Assembly: GCF_018977255.1 (NCBI RefSeq)
Contig: NW_024704742.1
Coordinates: 129,644,001 to 129,708,000 of the forward strand
DNA length: 64,000 nucleotides
DNA from: Callorhinchus milii
Lineage: Eukaryota
Direction of reading: 5' to 3'
Positions within the stretch are counted from its first letter, which is position 1; each line of letters begins with the position of its first letter. Both the position numbers and the translations under genes were made by a program. This document shows positions 1 to 13,723 of the stretch, one piece after another. The notes beneath the pieces are model-generated. The model was not told where the DNA came from, searched no databases, and saw nothing but the letters and a program-made list of their open reading frames with translations.

Positions 1-2132
1 CTGACTGTTTTGTCCACACGAGGTGTGTTTTATGCAATTTTTTTTCATTTGAATGTTGACAACACTTCTCACCCACCTGAGGAGCTGACAGCATCAACCT
101 TCCGGGTTGCAAACTCCACCCTGTGGAGCCATTGCGGGATCTCGGTGTTTTGTTCTGTTTCGATTTGTGGTTCAGAACCCACATCCATACTCTCACTCGG
201 CTCAGCTTTTCCTCACCTTATTGTACGCTCTGTCATTACCTTTCACTCCTCTCCTCCCCCACCGGCTGCCGCGACAGTTGGCCACATCTTTTTCATGTCC
301 TTGCACCTCCTTCATGCCCTTGCACTTCCCTACCTTTCCAACTTGTTCAACCCCCACTCCACCATCCCCTGCTTCCGCTCAACCGGCTCCAGCTTCCTGT
401 TCATCACTCGCCCCCTCAGCTCCACCATCGGCGGCCGTGCTTTCAGTCACTACACCCTAAAGCTCTGGAACTCTCTCCCCCAATTCCTCTGCTTTCGCCC
501 TTCTCGCTCCACTTTCAAATCCCATATAAATACCTTTCTTTTTGATCGTGCTCACAGTCACCTCCCCCGTCCCTCTCCCCCTAGGTCAAGGTCAGACTTC
601 GCCACTGTTAAGCACTCCAGGACCCTATCCCACATGAAGGGCGCTATATAAATGCAAGTTGTTGTTATGTTCAGGCTAAATTAGCCAACTTCCCTACACA
701 GGTGGCAAACTATCCTCTCCCATATCAGGCTCCTTGAGCCTATCACCCCCATCGTTGCTTGGCTCCACTGGTTCCCTATCCCTCAGTGCATCAAGTTCAA
801 GATCCTTGCCCTCACATTTAAATTCCTCCAAGGAGGGTGAAGATCATGGGTTGCGATTGCAACAGTTCAGTGCTTTGAGACATCCTCCTGACTATATAAT
901 TGTAACTTGTATTGTTTAATATAATAATTTAAGTATCTGAGGTTCGGTTAAGTAGAAAAATAATACTGGCATTTGATAATGCGCCTTATTGCACCTTCAA
1001 AACACTTCACAGGATTTACTGTGGAGGAAGGGTCTCCAACCGGGCAATCGCCACTGGGTGGTGCTGTTACACATGATCAAAAAGATAAGAGGAAGGAGCC
1101 ATAGAACTGTATGCTTATTTTGTCCAGTTGTAAATGAAACCTGAGGCCCAAAGTATTTCATGCATCTGGAAATAAAAATGCAAACTTTAATGTTAAAACT
1201 GCGGCAAATATTGCTCCTTTATCTTGTTTTGTTGAGCATGTGCGAGATGCCCCCGAGCAGTGATAGACTGGTTGGAGACCCCTGCTCTAGAATGTAGTGA
1301 CTGTGCATTGAGTTGGCAAATGCAGCAGCCAATTTGCAGATAGCAATGACCCACAAACCGCCGTTAAGTGATTGAGTTATAGAGAATATCGTGATTTCAA
1401 TTCCAGGGAGTGGCGGGGGGGGTGGGGAAGGAGGGCGAAGATCAAGTTCCAGAATGGGGTGGAGGAGATTGTGATTTGAGATGAAGGAGGTGGGTGGGAA
1501 GGATCAGAGCTTGAGTTACGTGGGGGACAAATGATCACAATCTCATTGCTGGGGAGGGAAGAGAATCTCCGGGGGAATCCTAGTTTGAATTTGGTGGAGG
1601 GAACTTTTGATAGACCTTGTGTAAGATGGGTTTTCCAATTATAAACGCACTTCATCAAAAGTCCCGTAGCGTAGTTGTCAGAGCATTCACCTTGCAAGCA
1701 AGGGGACCCAGATTCAATTCTCGGGCGGAGCAAGTTTCCTTACTGCACAGGTCTCTGTTTACCTAGCAGTAAGTAGGAACACGGTTGTTAGTCAACTGGC
1801 AGATTGCTTTCCAGGGATAATAATACCTCAAAAAAAAATTTGGTCAATCAATCCACGATTGGATGTGGGACACTGCAGTGCGAAATTGGCTGTGTGTTTC
1901 GCCCATGAAATATATAGGTACACAGTCAATCCACTTTACAATATATTTGTGAAGCACTTGGAGACATCTCAACAATGTGATAAGATGCTATATCAAATGC
2001 AAGGATTATTATTATTATTATTACCATAACGTTAGTTAAGAATGCAAAGATAACCCTTGGTGACTCCTTACATGTGAACAGGAAACACTGGAAGGTATTG
2101 ACATTTCGGTGTTCTGGAGCTGGTGTGTAGAG

Positions 2133-2649
2133 TGGAGTGGGATTTACTCTCTCCCTAAAGGCTTACGTTGTGATTTGATTCTGATTGTGACAGGCAGTAA
2201 AGCAGTGTGAAGTAAACAAGTAACTCTTCTCTCAGAGTCTCCTTCATCAGTAGGAAGGCAGAAAATCCAAATACTGCAAAATCAACAAGGGATTAACAAG
2301 CACTTGACAAACACCACAAGAGCCTTTCCTCTGGGATATTTTTAAACGACCACTGAATGTACCACAGCGCAGTGGGCGAGTCTCTCAAACAAAGATAATT
2401 CAGTGACAGAGCTACTTTATGGACAGGAAAGTGTTAGGAAGCTGAATTTGGTGAGTGGGTGCCACACATCAGCCATTTGTGTTTCTGTGAAGTTGCCTCT
2501 GGAAGATGAGGAACTGACTCCCCAAGGAGTTCTGAAGTAAATGATAAATGTTTCTCACACTTAGATTGGCACCTTCCATCCTCTCACCCCAACCCCCAGA
2601 CCAGGAGGTTTGAGTTAAAGGAACATCAGATGCAGAAATACTGAGCTCC
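2133..2649 (+). repeat. Inverted-duplication block A, left copy (partner 23081-23594, reverse complement)
   Basis: Direct reverse-complement match. The same spurious peptide (QTSWSGGWGERMEG...) appears on opposite strands in the ORF track. Confidence 0.95.
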
Positions 2650-2833
2650 CATGTAAAGCAGGTCAAGACCTCCACAGAAAGAGGTTAATAGTATTGAAAC
2701 GTGAGAATCCACCAAACCACCTTGGGACTGATTTCCGCTACTTGTTACTGGCGTTGTTGAATGTGTTGCACTCCTCACTATGCTAAGCAGGGAAACTTTA
2801 AACAGTAATAAATTTGCATTGGTGTTAAATACT

Positions 2834-3180
2834 AATAATCTTTGCATTTGGTATATTATAGTGCCTTTCATGTCGTGAGGATGTCCCAAAGTGTTTCACA
2901 GCATATACTGTAGTTTGAGGGTGAATATAGCAGCCAACTTGTGCACAACAATATTCCCCAAATTGCCATAAAGTGAATGACCAATTTTATTTGGGTGATT
3001 GTTGACCAGGACCCTGGGAGAAACTCTCTTCTCTTTTTAAATAGTGCCATGAGATCTTTAACATCTACCTGAACAAGCAGACGGAATCTCAGTTAGCATC
3101 TCATCTGAAGGACAGCACCTCCAATAATGCAATACACTCCCAACGCAGCATTGAAGTGTCAGCTTAGACTTAATGTGTTC
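2834..3180 (-). mobile_element. Older DeuSINE-like element (longer body containing ...ggatgttaaagatcccatggcactatt...)
   Basis: The shared body also appears at ~4165-4490, 12480-12800, 17460-17720, 18480-18770, 22820-23075, 47730-48040 and 53350-53625. Confidence 0.7.
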
Positions 3181-6100
3181 CAACAACTATGACGACAACA
3201 ACAACAAATTACACTTGTATAAAGCCCTTCACGTCCGATAGACGTCCCAGGGTCCTGGACAATTAGGGTTTTTTGGCCTGAGCTGGGAGTTGAGGTCAGA
3301 AGGGGTGGAGGGCAGGGGGTGGTGGGGGTGGGAGGGTGGCCGAAGGCAAGAGAGGGGTGAAGCAGAGGGCTTGCGGGATAGAGTTCCAGAGTGTGGGGAC
3401 AGAGATGCTGAATGTCCGACCACCAATGATGGGGCGGGAAGTGTGGGGCCCTGAAGCAGGCCAGTGTCCACCGAGCGGAGGGAGCAGAGAGGCTGATATG
3501 GGGTTAGGAGGTCGGAGAGGTAGAAGGGAGCAAGACCGTGGAGGGCTGTGATGGTTCCAAATCCCGACATAAGGTATGAACCCACAATTTTCTGAGTCAG
3601 AGGCAAAAATGCTACCAACTGTGCTCAGCTAACACACAAAGCCTTGTGTGCTAAGCTCTCAGAGGGAGTTATGTTATGAGGAAGGCCTGCCTGGAGCTAT
3701 GAGAACAGATTCCCCACTGGTTTATTGGGTAAATGTACCAATCGAGGCAGGTCTTAGCCTCATAAACCAACAGCTTGTAGCCTTGGGGGGCAGCAGTTGA
3801 TGCTAAAATTGGACTGAGTTAAAAGTGCCCTGCATTAGGAGAAAAGTCAGCTACATTTGATTTATGTAACATTTATGAGCGTCCAAAATTTGGAAAATTG
3901 TTGAATTTGTTCTTTCAACTCAGTCTTATGTCGTTCTTAAAATAATTCACACAAAACTTCCTTATAAATTAAGGCTGTACTTAAGAATTAGACAAATTCT
4001 GGATACTCTGAAAAGCTGCATAAATAGAGTCAATCTAGAGCTTGGCGAAATTTCTCCCCTTTCTCTCCTTTCCTGTTAGCTATCTAGCTAACTTCCCTGC
4101 TGGAAGATTAAAGGGCGAGGCTCATGTTGGGACTTTGAACTTTCCTGGCTGTTACACCAATACAGCGCTGCATTGTCAAAGGTGCCGTCCTTCAAACGAG
4201 ACATTTCACTGAGGTCCCAGCTTCCTGTTCAGGCGGACGTTAAAGATCCCAAGGCATAATTTAAAAAAAGAAGGCAGTTTCTCCCAGTGTCTTGGCCAAC
4301 AATCCCTCAGATAAAATTGAACATTCACTTCATGGTTGTTTGCAAAACATTGCTGTGCGCAAATTGGCTGTTGTGTTTGGTTACATAACACAAGATCACT
4401 ATACTTTACATTCGATATAGCACCTTTCATGTCGGGAGACCGTCTCAAAGCGACGTACAGGATTTTACTGCAAAGTGTCTATTTTGTAGGTGAACGCATG
4501 AACTAACAGATATCTTGGTCGAAGCGCAATGCTCTAGGTTACAGCACATCACATGGGAGTATGAAAGGGGAGGAGACTGTGGCAACACAAACAGAAATAA
4601 CAAAGGAGCCAGACTTGGAGACTCCTGGCAGAGAAGCAGGAGACACGGAGTTCTGTTTTATTACAGTGAGGAATTTATCAATTTCGTGGTGACTTGCTGA
4701 CTTGAGCCAGTGACTCAAACAGCTTCGGAAATAAAAACGAACAATCTTACAGGTGCAAAGGAAACTTCCGTTCCATTGGCGGTGAGGCAAAAATAACTCC
4801 GAGAACATAAAAATATAGTTTAAGTCAAAAGGTTATGTCAGATGAGAATTGTGTGGGTTTGTTCGTGGTGTATTTGTTAGTGGCTCCAGCCCTATCTTGC
4901 TTCAAGCTGTTTCTCCAGATAAGGACATGGACCTCCCTTGGTGCCATATTCTTTCCACCAATTTTGCACGAAGGATTCGTTTAAGTTTGATCTGAATCTT
5001 ATCTCCTGAGTGTTGAAGAATGTTGGTTCTTAATGTGATCTCATCAAGCTAATGAGACCCTCGGCAACCCCTAATTATTTTTTACCTGATTTTTATCTTT
5101 CTCTTCGACCGTGCCTTCAGCTCCCCTCTCGACTCTCTACCCCCTCCTCGCTCCCTCCCTTCCCTCCCCTCACCCTGACCATTTCCCCCCTGCTCAGGTC
5201 CTGACCCAACTGTCCAGCACCTTGGGACGTCCTTCCGAAGTGAAAGGCGCTCTATAAATGAAATCTTGTTGTTGTTGTTTATCTGAAAGGAGCAAAAGCC
5301 CGGTTGGTCAGAACTTTTGGTATAAAATCGAGAGGACCTGGGTTTGATTCCTGAGCGGGGCAAAACCTTAGGCAAGTTTCATTACTCCACAAGCCTCTGT
5401 TTACCTAGCAGTAAGTAGGAACCCGGTTGTTATTCGATTTGGCAGATCGCTTTTCCGGGGATAATAATCCCCAAAAAAACATATTTGGTCACTCAATCCA
5501 AGACTGTTCGTGGACACTGCTGATCGCAATTGGTTGTCACCTTTTGCCCACAAAATATACAGTCAATTCACTTTACACATATATTTTGTGAAGCGCTTTG
5601 AGACGTCTCGATGATGTGATAAGGCGCTATATTAAATGCAAAGATTATTATTATATTGTTAAGAATGCTGTGTTTAAGTTCATTACACTCTTTCTACACT
5701 TAGCCTTTACTGTTAAGAAACATCGCATCTCTTACTCTGACCTTTCAGATCTATTCCTCTTTGTCCGCCCATCAAAGTGGATCTTAACCATCCCTGTTCG
5801 AAAATGAGTTTTTCCCGGGATCTTGGCCATCAATACCCAAGATAAAATTGGTCATTAACTTCATGGCTATTTGGTGGACTCCCTGTCTTACCTCGTTCAC
5901 ACTCAATCACTCACCTCATCAAGCTCCGTTTGCAGACGGACCTCTTTGACTCAGCTATCGATCATCTTTCCCCTCCCCGTTCTACTCCACTCAGCAAACA
6001 CCCCCAGCTCGGGTACCCAGCCAGTATTATTGAACACTTTGGGATATCCTCCCAATGTGAAAGGCATATAAATATAAATTTGTACTGTATTGAATTGCTG

Positions 6101-6506
6101 TGTGTAAATTGGCTGTTGAATCCTCAACAATATTCAATCACTACTCTTTACAGTAAAATCCTTAAAAACGCTTTGAGATATTTCTATGCCTTGATATTAA
6201 ATTGATATTAATTTGCTGTATTAAATCCAAGCATGGTTATATTATTATTTTATTAAAGGGTAGATCACTGCTTCAGGGAGAGAGAACATGCAGAGACATT
6301 GCACCGTTTTCATAATAGTGGTTTTGTTGCAAATGTGATGCAGTGATTTCTCCAGTGAATTATGTAAATTGACAAGCACTTGCCACTGCTGATAAAAAGC
6401 GTTTTTAAACTGTCTTGTTAACCCAAACCCTGCATTGCAGCTTGTCTCCAATCTGCCTACTGAATGCAATCAAGGAAGACAACAGGTCTGATCAACTTAC
6501 AAAGCT

Positions 6507-7856
6507 GAACCATGTTAAACCTTCACTTGTGAAACCCATAACAAATCTCTGGACTCTCCACTGCTGTTCTCCTCCCTGTAACATTTTAAAGCCTTTACTC
6601 ACTGGAGACTGGATCAAACTCCTGCTTTCAAAAGGCTTGTGTTTTCACTGATACACTCGAGTGCCTCTCAAGACACCCGGAGCCTTGTTCTGACAGGACT
6701 CTTCTCTTGTTCTAATTCCTCCCTCACTGATTATGAGGAAGCAGCAGGAAACGTCCTCTTTCAAGCAGGTTTGAGCTACAAATTGTCCCTTTGGAGAAGA
6801 CAACTTACACCCCACTGTCTTTATCCTCCTTAAAGAGACCCTGGTCTTCTCTATAAAAGATTCACAGCATCCGATGAGAAGCTTAAGGAATTGAAGGATT
6901 TGCACCTTACATTCGAATATAATGTTCATCTGAACAAACCAATTAAACCACTCTCCTCAAGGCAGACAGACTGCCTTCATACATCCCTTCATCTCCATCT
7001 AACCCCAATTATTGACAAGTTTAAGTTAGTTCATCAACCTGTGATTTGTCAGAATTTAGGATACTCCAGAACTAAATTAAGTCAACTCATGGTTCATGTT
7101 AAGAATTGTATGTTTTTTCAGACATCTGGGGTTTCCTAACATATAATTACAGTAATAATAATCCTTGTATTTGATATATTTTCAACCACAAAATACACAG
7201 TCAATTCACTTACAATATATTCTGTGAAGCGCTTTGAGACGTCTCAAAGATCTGATAAGGCACTATATGAATCCTCTAGTTCAGTGGATAGAGCACTTGC
7301 CTTGCAAGCGAGAGACCTGTGTTCGATTCCTGGCAGGGTGAAACTCTGGGCAAGTTTCCTTACTCCACACGACTGTTTACTTAGCAGTAAATAGGAACCC
7401 AGTTGTTAGTCAATTGGCAAATCGCTTTTCTGGGGGTAATAATTCCTTCAAAAAATAAAATAATAAATTGTTATCTCAATCCACAAGTGTTTGTGGGACA
7501 ATGCTGTGTGCAATTGGCTGCCATGTTTTGCCCATAAAACATACAGTCAATTCACTTTATAGTATATTCTGTGAAGCGGTTTGAGATGTCTCAGAGACGT
7601 TATAAGGCGCTATATCAAAGGCAAGGATTATTATTATTGTTGTGTAGCGCCTTATCACGTTGTTGAGATTTCTTGAAGCGCTTCACGGAATATATTGTAA
7701 AGTGAATTGATTGTGTATTTTGTGGGCAAAACGCGGCAGCCAATGTTTTTCTCTGAGGTAGTTTGGAATAATTATCATTTATTCAAGCATAAAAAAAATT
7801 GCATTCCTTTAAGCTCATGGGCCTTTCCCTGCTACTGATTCACCCAGATTCCACCC
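6507..7856 (+). repeat. Inverted-duplication block B, left copy (partner ~21697-22435); interrupted by SINEs at ~7145-7742
   Basis: Near-identical core 6510-6900 vs 22055-22435. More diverged homology at 6900-7142 and 7743-7856 vs 21697-22055. Confidence 0.92.
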
Positions 7857-8644
7857 TGTCCCACACACTTGTTGAAAGACAGTTTGGTGCCATGTGAAAG
7901 GCTAAATACATAAGCAGTGGGTGAAAAGATAACAGTGAAAGCTTGTTTGGGGTTTGAATGTGAACAGCTTTGTTTGACCTGGGCAGATACCCTCCAGTTT
8001 CAGAGGTAATTATTTGCCGAGTATCTCTTGAAAGTCGCATTGCGTCAAGGCTACATCTGTGCAATGTGTGTCCTTCAGCAAACGTAAGCTTTGATTTTCA
8101 TTTGTTTCTCTTCTGTGTCAGCGTCACTCTGCTAGAGCAAACATTCCACAGCTCCTTGATCCCTTTCTCCTAACTCTTAACACTATGGTTTGATTTCTCC
8201 ATCTTTGCTTTGAAGCAAAATCAGACTGTCCTGAACACATGCCCTTCAGAATGAACCAGTCATATTTAGAGCCCTTCAAAAGATGCCAGAAAAGGGCTCA
8301 AAAAAAACTTGCATTTATATACAATGATAATAATATTTTTTGCATTTGATATAGTGCCTTATCACGTCGTTGAGACATCTCAAAATGCTTCTCAGGATAT
8401 GTTGCCACATTTAGTCCACAAAATATAGTCAATTCACTTTACAGTATATTCTGTGAAGAACTTTGAGACGTCTCGAAGATGTGATAAGATGTTATATCAA
8501 ATTCAAGTATTAGTATTATTATCATTTAGTTTATCTTTTTGCAAATTGGAATCAGGAACTGGATCTCTTAATAGTATTTCCTTCCATTAAAAATTACTGC
8601 AAAACTCAGCCCCCAGATTTATTCATCATTTGATTTCCACGTTT

Positions 8645-9850
8645 GCGGTCGACACAAAGTTAGATACGGTGGCCATCTGCAGGAATACATAGACAGAATG
8701 GTAAAATGGTCAGACACATAGCAGATGAATTTCAATGTGGAGAAATGCGAGGTAATGCATTTTGGTAGAAAAAATGAGGGGAGGCAATATAGGCGGGTAA
8801 TACAATCTTAAGGGGGGTTAAAGAACAGAGTACCTGGGGGTGCAGGTAAATGAATCCTTGAAGGTGGCAGGACAGGTAGATAAGGCTGTAAAAAGGGCAA
8901 ATGGGATTCTAAGCTTCATAAATGGGGCATAGAGTACAAAAGTCAGGAGGTTATGATTAACCTGTATAAAACACTGGTTAGGCCTCAGGTAGAATACTGC
9001 GCCCAGTTCTGGGCACCACACTATAGGAAGGATGTTAAGGCATTGGAAAGGATGCAGAGGAGATTTAGAGTCCTGTAGCTCAGTGGTTAGAGCACTCGCT
9101 TTGCAAGCGAGAGACCTGAGTTCAATTCCAGGCAGTAAGTTTCCTTACTCCACACGCCTAATAATAATCCCTCCAAAACCAAAAACAATAATAAATTGGT
9201 CATTTTCAATCTACGACTGTTTGTGGGACATTGCTGTGCGCAATTGTCTGCCGCGTTCGCCCACAAATATACAGTCAATTCACTTTACAGTGTGTTCTGT
9301 GAAGCGCTTTGGGACGTCCTCCCGACGTGAAAAGTGCTATATCAAATGCAAGGATTATTATTATTATTATTATTTACGAGGATGGTACCAGGAATGAGGG
9401 ACCTTGATTATGAGGAAAGGCTAGGGAGGTTAGGATTATTCTCATTGGAGCAGAGAAGGTTATGAGGAGACCTAATAGAGATCTTCAAAATCATGAAGGG
9501 ATTTGATAGGTTAGAAAGGGAAAAACTGTTTCCACTGGTGGGTGTGTCGGTGACTCGAGGTCACAGATTTAAAATAGTCTCTAAAAGAAACAGAGGGGAG
9601 GTGAGAAGAATTTTTTTCATACAGCAAGTTGTTCGAATCTGGAACGCATTGCCTGAAAGGGTGGTGGAGGCCGATTCGATAACAACTTTTAAAAACGCAG
9701 TGGACGGGTATTTGAGGAGGACGGGTTTGCCGGGTTATGGGGAAAGGGTTGGGGAGTGGGATTGACATTACATTGCTCTTTTCAAAGAGCTGGCACAAAC
9801 TCGATGGGCCGAATGGCCTCTTTTTGTGCTGTACGATTCTATGATTCTAT
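8645..9850 (+). mobile_element. CR1-type LINE 3' fragment (degenerate RT C-terminus and 3' UTR) with a nested SINE at ~9068-9372
   Basis: Translates to CR1-like YKTLVRPQVEYCAQFWAP and MKGFDR...RIWNALP, and ends in a gattctat repeat tail. Confidence 0.88.
9068..9372 (+). mobile_element. tRNA-derived SINE with Deu-type core and L2-like tail, young internally deleted subfamily
   Basis: A box tagctcagtgg, B box gttcaattcc, core tgtttgtgggacattgctgtgcgcaatt and a (tta)n tail. A near-identical body lies at ~39438-39692. Confidence 0.88.
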
Positions 9851-12800
9851 ATAAAGAATTGGTGCACTATCCTTGTGCTGGAAATAGTTCCTCTTATGTT
9901 CAGTAGGAATTCTCATTTTACAGGTTAGATAATAAAACTCAACTAACTGTGGTGTGCTTGCTTTGTGGATGTTGACTGTGTTTAGATAAGGATTAAGAAG
10001 CTGAGAGATGGTTAATGATCTGACTGATTGAAAACAACTGAAGACAAAGCTAAACTCAGGTCAAGTTTACAAAGCTTGTGACAACACCAAACCCCATGAC
10101 ACAAAAAACTACATTGAAAGGTACATATGACTACCTATTTGCTGAACTCAACAACAACAACCTGCATTTTATATCAAGCTTTTTACATCTCGGAGGGATT
10201 CAGTCTGAGGTCAGACACCAAGAAGGGGCAGGGGGAGGTGAGACTTTTAACCCACCTGAACCGGCAGGTAGGGCCTCGATTTAACATCTCAGCCAAAGGG
10301 GCCTTGGTTTAATATTTAATCTGAAGGACGGCACCTTTGCCAATACAGAACTCCCCCAGCACTGCACTGTAGCATCAACCTACACAATTAAGCCAATGAC
10401 TTCCCTCCATTTGCTAATTCATCACAGATCCTTTATTCTTGATTGCAGTGAAATCTGGGAAGTATGGTCACTGCAAATAAAACTGAGTGACACTGAAAAT
10501 AGCAAGCAGAGAATTGTAGAGAATTCAGAATAAGCTATACTCAGCTAAACCTTTTTTTGAGGTTTTTTCCCCCCTTTTTCTCTAAATTTCCTACACGCCA
10601 AGCTTCACTGAGCTCATCTTGATTTGAAACCTCTGGGAAGAGAGAGCATGCTTAGAGATTTCTAACTCAACTACTTGAGGTGACTAGAATAAAACAATGC
10701 CGCATGTTCAATAGTAAACCATTGCTCATCTTAACTAAGTGGTTTAGATAGATTGATTGATGCTTATTTCATAAGATTGATCAAAATAAATGTTCTTACG
10801 GGAAAGTCAGCTGACAATTGAATAATGGGTTCAAGCCCCACATCAGGACATTGAGCTCATAGTCTAGGCTGACACTCCAGTTCAGTCCTGGGGGACATTG
10901 TCAGAAGCGCCGTCCTTCGGATGAGATATTAAACCGAGGTCCCGTTTGCTAACGCCTTCTTTTTTTAATATTAAAAAAATTAACTTGATAGTCCACTATG
11001 TCCTCTTCTGCATTCCCTTTATTTTTATTCGGGTCATTCCGAAATCAAATGTCAATCTAAACTCACTTCAATTTCAAGCGGTGGAAATAAAAAGGAAACC
11101 TTCACACATCGGAAATCTGAACTAAATAAAATAGAAAAGGCTGGAATTGCAAAGCAGGTCGATCAGGTTCTGAAAAAGAAAGAGGAGAAGGTTAATGTTT
11201 TAATGAGATCATTTACCAGATATGGAACAATTGGGCCTGAGAAATCTATTAATAGGATGGAAGAGGGAAATCTTGAATGTAGAAGTAATCTGATTTGTTT
11301 GAGTGGTTACTTGGCCCCAGAACTTCTTACATAAACTAACAATTGCTGAGAAAATGTTGGAATGTAAACCTCCTGCCTGAACACATTTTCTTCCCAACTG
11401 TGTTGAATGAGGATAAAGGCAATCAACGGACGGAGAGAGCTAATGATTTATAACAGTCCAAACTTGCTATACAGTGAAGCAGAAACACTTTGTTGTTTAC
11501 GTTTCTCAGCCTTAAAAAGTCAGCCTGGCTCAGTTGGTAGCTCTCTCACCTCAGGGTCAGAAGGTTGTGGGTTCAAGCCCCAACTCGGGACTTTGAGCTT
11601 ATGGTCTTATGGTCTCAGGTGAGATGTTAAACTGGTCTTATCTCCCGAAGAAGCTCTAGAAATTCACTGTGTGAAAGTACTGCCTTGTTCTCAGGAACCT
11701 GACTCACAACTGCAGTTGGGTATCAGCGCCAAAACAGGCACCTGTGAGCGGAGAGGTTTCTGGGGTCACGAGTACATCCACGAGGAGTGGCAACCCTGAC
11801 CCTTCAAACCTAAGGACTTTTGGCTCATTGCAACAACTCGATTACTTCTCTTGCTGAGATCAGCTAACTCACAACAGATTAAACCTGGCTACCAGTCACT
11901 ATGGTCGAGTGCGATACTGGACTGTACTTAGAACATGTGCTGGTATGATAATAATAATCCTTGCATTTCATATAGAAACCTTATCATGCTGTCGAGACAT
12001 CTCAATGAGCTTCCCAGAATATATAGTAAAATAATGCAGCTGTGTGTATTTGGTGGGCGAATGGTACCCAGGGATGGTAAGAGCTGCTTACCTGCAAACC
12101 ACCAGCCCAGCAATGAATTTTCCAGGAGATTACATAAGGCATCACTCTCACGTAGGGAGCAGCCTGCTCGCTGTATGTTGTCTTCCGTATAACATCCAAA
12201 GAGGTAACAAACTGAAACACAAGCCTATAGAATATTAAAGGCATCATGGTATCCATGGGTGGGAAAGCCTACAGCCCCTCATTATCTCCCACTGGAATTT
12301 CATTTGAGTCACAGTCATTTCGATCATTTTCGAGCTGTACCTCACCAGAGTGCTCTCAGATACTTTATACTTTATAAGGTCGTGGACCCGAAACGTTGAC
12401 CCACTTTCCTTTCTCCATAGATGCTGCCTGACCTGCTGAGTGTTCCCAGCGGCTTCTGTTTTTGTTTTATACTTTACATATTGCATTGTCAGAGGTGCAG
12501 ACCTTCGGATGAGATGTTAAACCAACCAAGTCTGCCTGTTCAGGTGGATGTTAAAGATCCTATGGCACTGTTCGCAAACCGAAGGTAGATTCTCCCAGTG
12601 TTCTAGCCAACAATCCTCCAAATATAATTGGTCACTTATTTCATAGCTGTTTGTGGGGCATTGCTGTGCGCAATTATGCCTCTGTGTTTGTCTACAAATA
12701 CACATTCACTCCATTTCACAGTAATTCCTGTGAAGCGCTTTGAGATGGCCTTCCGACGTAATAAGGCACTATATCAAATGAAAGGATTATTAGTATTATA

Positions 12801-13325
12801 CTGCTTTATAATAGAATTTATACCGCACAGTCACTTGCCACTTGAGGTGGAGGTGAATTTGATAAGAAATCCGTGAGCTGCTGTTACAGAAACTTAATTC
12901 TTAAGGGACTGGGGCTTTGAAAGTGCAGTAAAACATTTTGCTATCTGCAGATTTGGTGGAAAAGATGGAATTTGAATGGGCCATTTCTTTGTGTGTTAAT
13001 GTAGAAAAAGAGATGAGTGTGTTTTGTTGAGCCAGTTGACTTGGGAGTGTGGAGGCGGGGATTTGGGGGTTGAAAGGCTTTGTTGGAAGCTCCTGGAGGT
13101 GAGAAGTGACTAATAATTGCTGAGTGTTTGAGAGTCTCTGTTTGGAGAATGGTCAGAATGTAGCTCAGAAACCCTGCACATCCGAGCAGAGACCAGATTC
13201 CAGGCTCACACTGCACTGCACTGAGATCTGAGTGGAGCTGCTGAGATTTTGGGGAGTTTCTATTGTTTATTTACAGGGCGAACAAATAAATAACTGTAGA
13301 GGATCTCTGGCGTTTGGACCTCAAG

Positions 13326-13348
13326 ATGAATTATACAACAGCGACCCG
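13326..13348 (+). CDS. tdgf1: EGF-CFC family protein (Cripto/TDGF1/oep-like), coding exon 1 (MNYTTAT-R)
   Basis: ATG at 13326 (aagATGa) and donor gtgagt after 13348. Its phase 2 end joins exon 2 to form a signal peptide. Paralog identity (TDGF1 vs CFC1 type) is not resolved. Confidence 0.75.
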
Positions 13349-13450
13349 GTGAGTTAAGGATCCTGGAAATCGATCTGCAAAATAAAAAAAACTTTGGATC
13401 TTCGTAACAACTTCTAGATCATCATTGTATCCCGTTGTGTCTTGTTGCAG

Positions 13451-13500
13451 GTTCCTCTGCACCGTGCTGCTGACTTTGAAAGCTGTGCTGATGGGCTCAG
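13451..13500 (+). CDS. tdgf1: EGF-CFC exon 2, hydrophobic signal peptide core (FLCTVLLTLKAVLMGS)
   Basis: Acceptor ttgcag and donor gtaagt. 50 nt, phase 2 to 1, frame consistent with the neighbouring exons. Confidence 0.85.
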
Positions 13501-13723
13501 GTAAGTGATAGAAAATTAAATCAGCCCCCGATTGTTTTGCCAAGGGATCAAAATGGTTTAAACTCTAAACTAATCTATTCATTTAAAGTCTGTTCAATGT
13601 TATGGGGGCGTTCCTCATCCCACCCCCCACCAAAAAGAGCAATGTCAATCCACACTGAAGGTCTGATGTAAATTAATAATAATTTATTATTATTTTATTT
13701 TGATGATGATGATGTCTGGTCAG

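Noticed and set aside
10..651. 213 aa ORF at the window start
   Set aside because: It is a degenerate L2 LINE 3' end ([19 protein letters not shown]), not a host gene.
9068..9135. tRNA-Ala-like sequence with A and B boxes (and many similar copies)
   Set aside because: These are heads of tRNA-derived SINEs that run directly into SINE bodies. They lack a proper acceptor stem and terminator.
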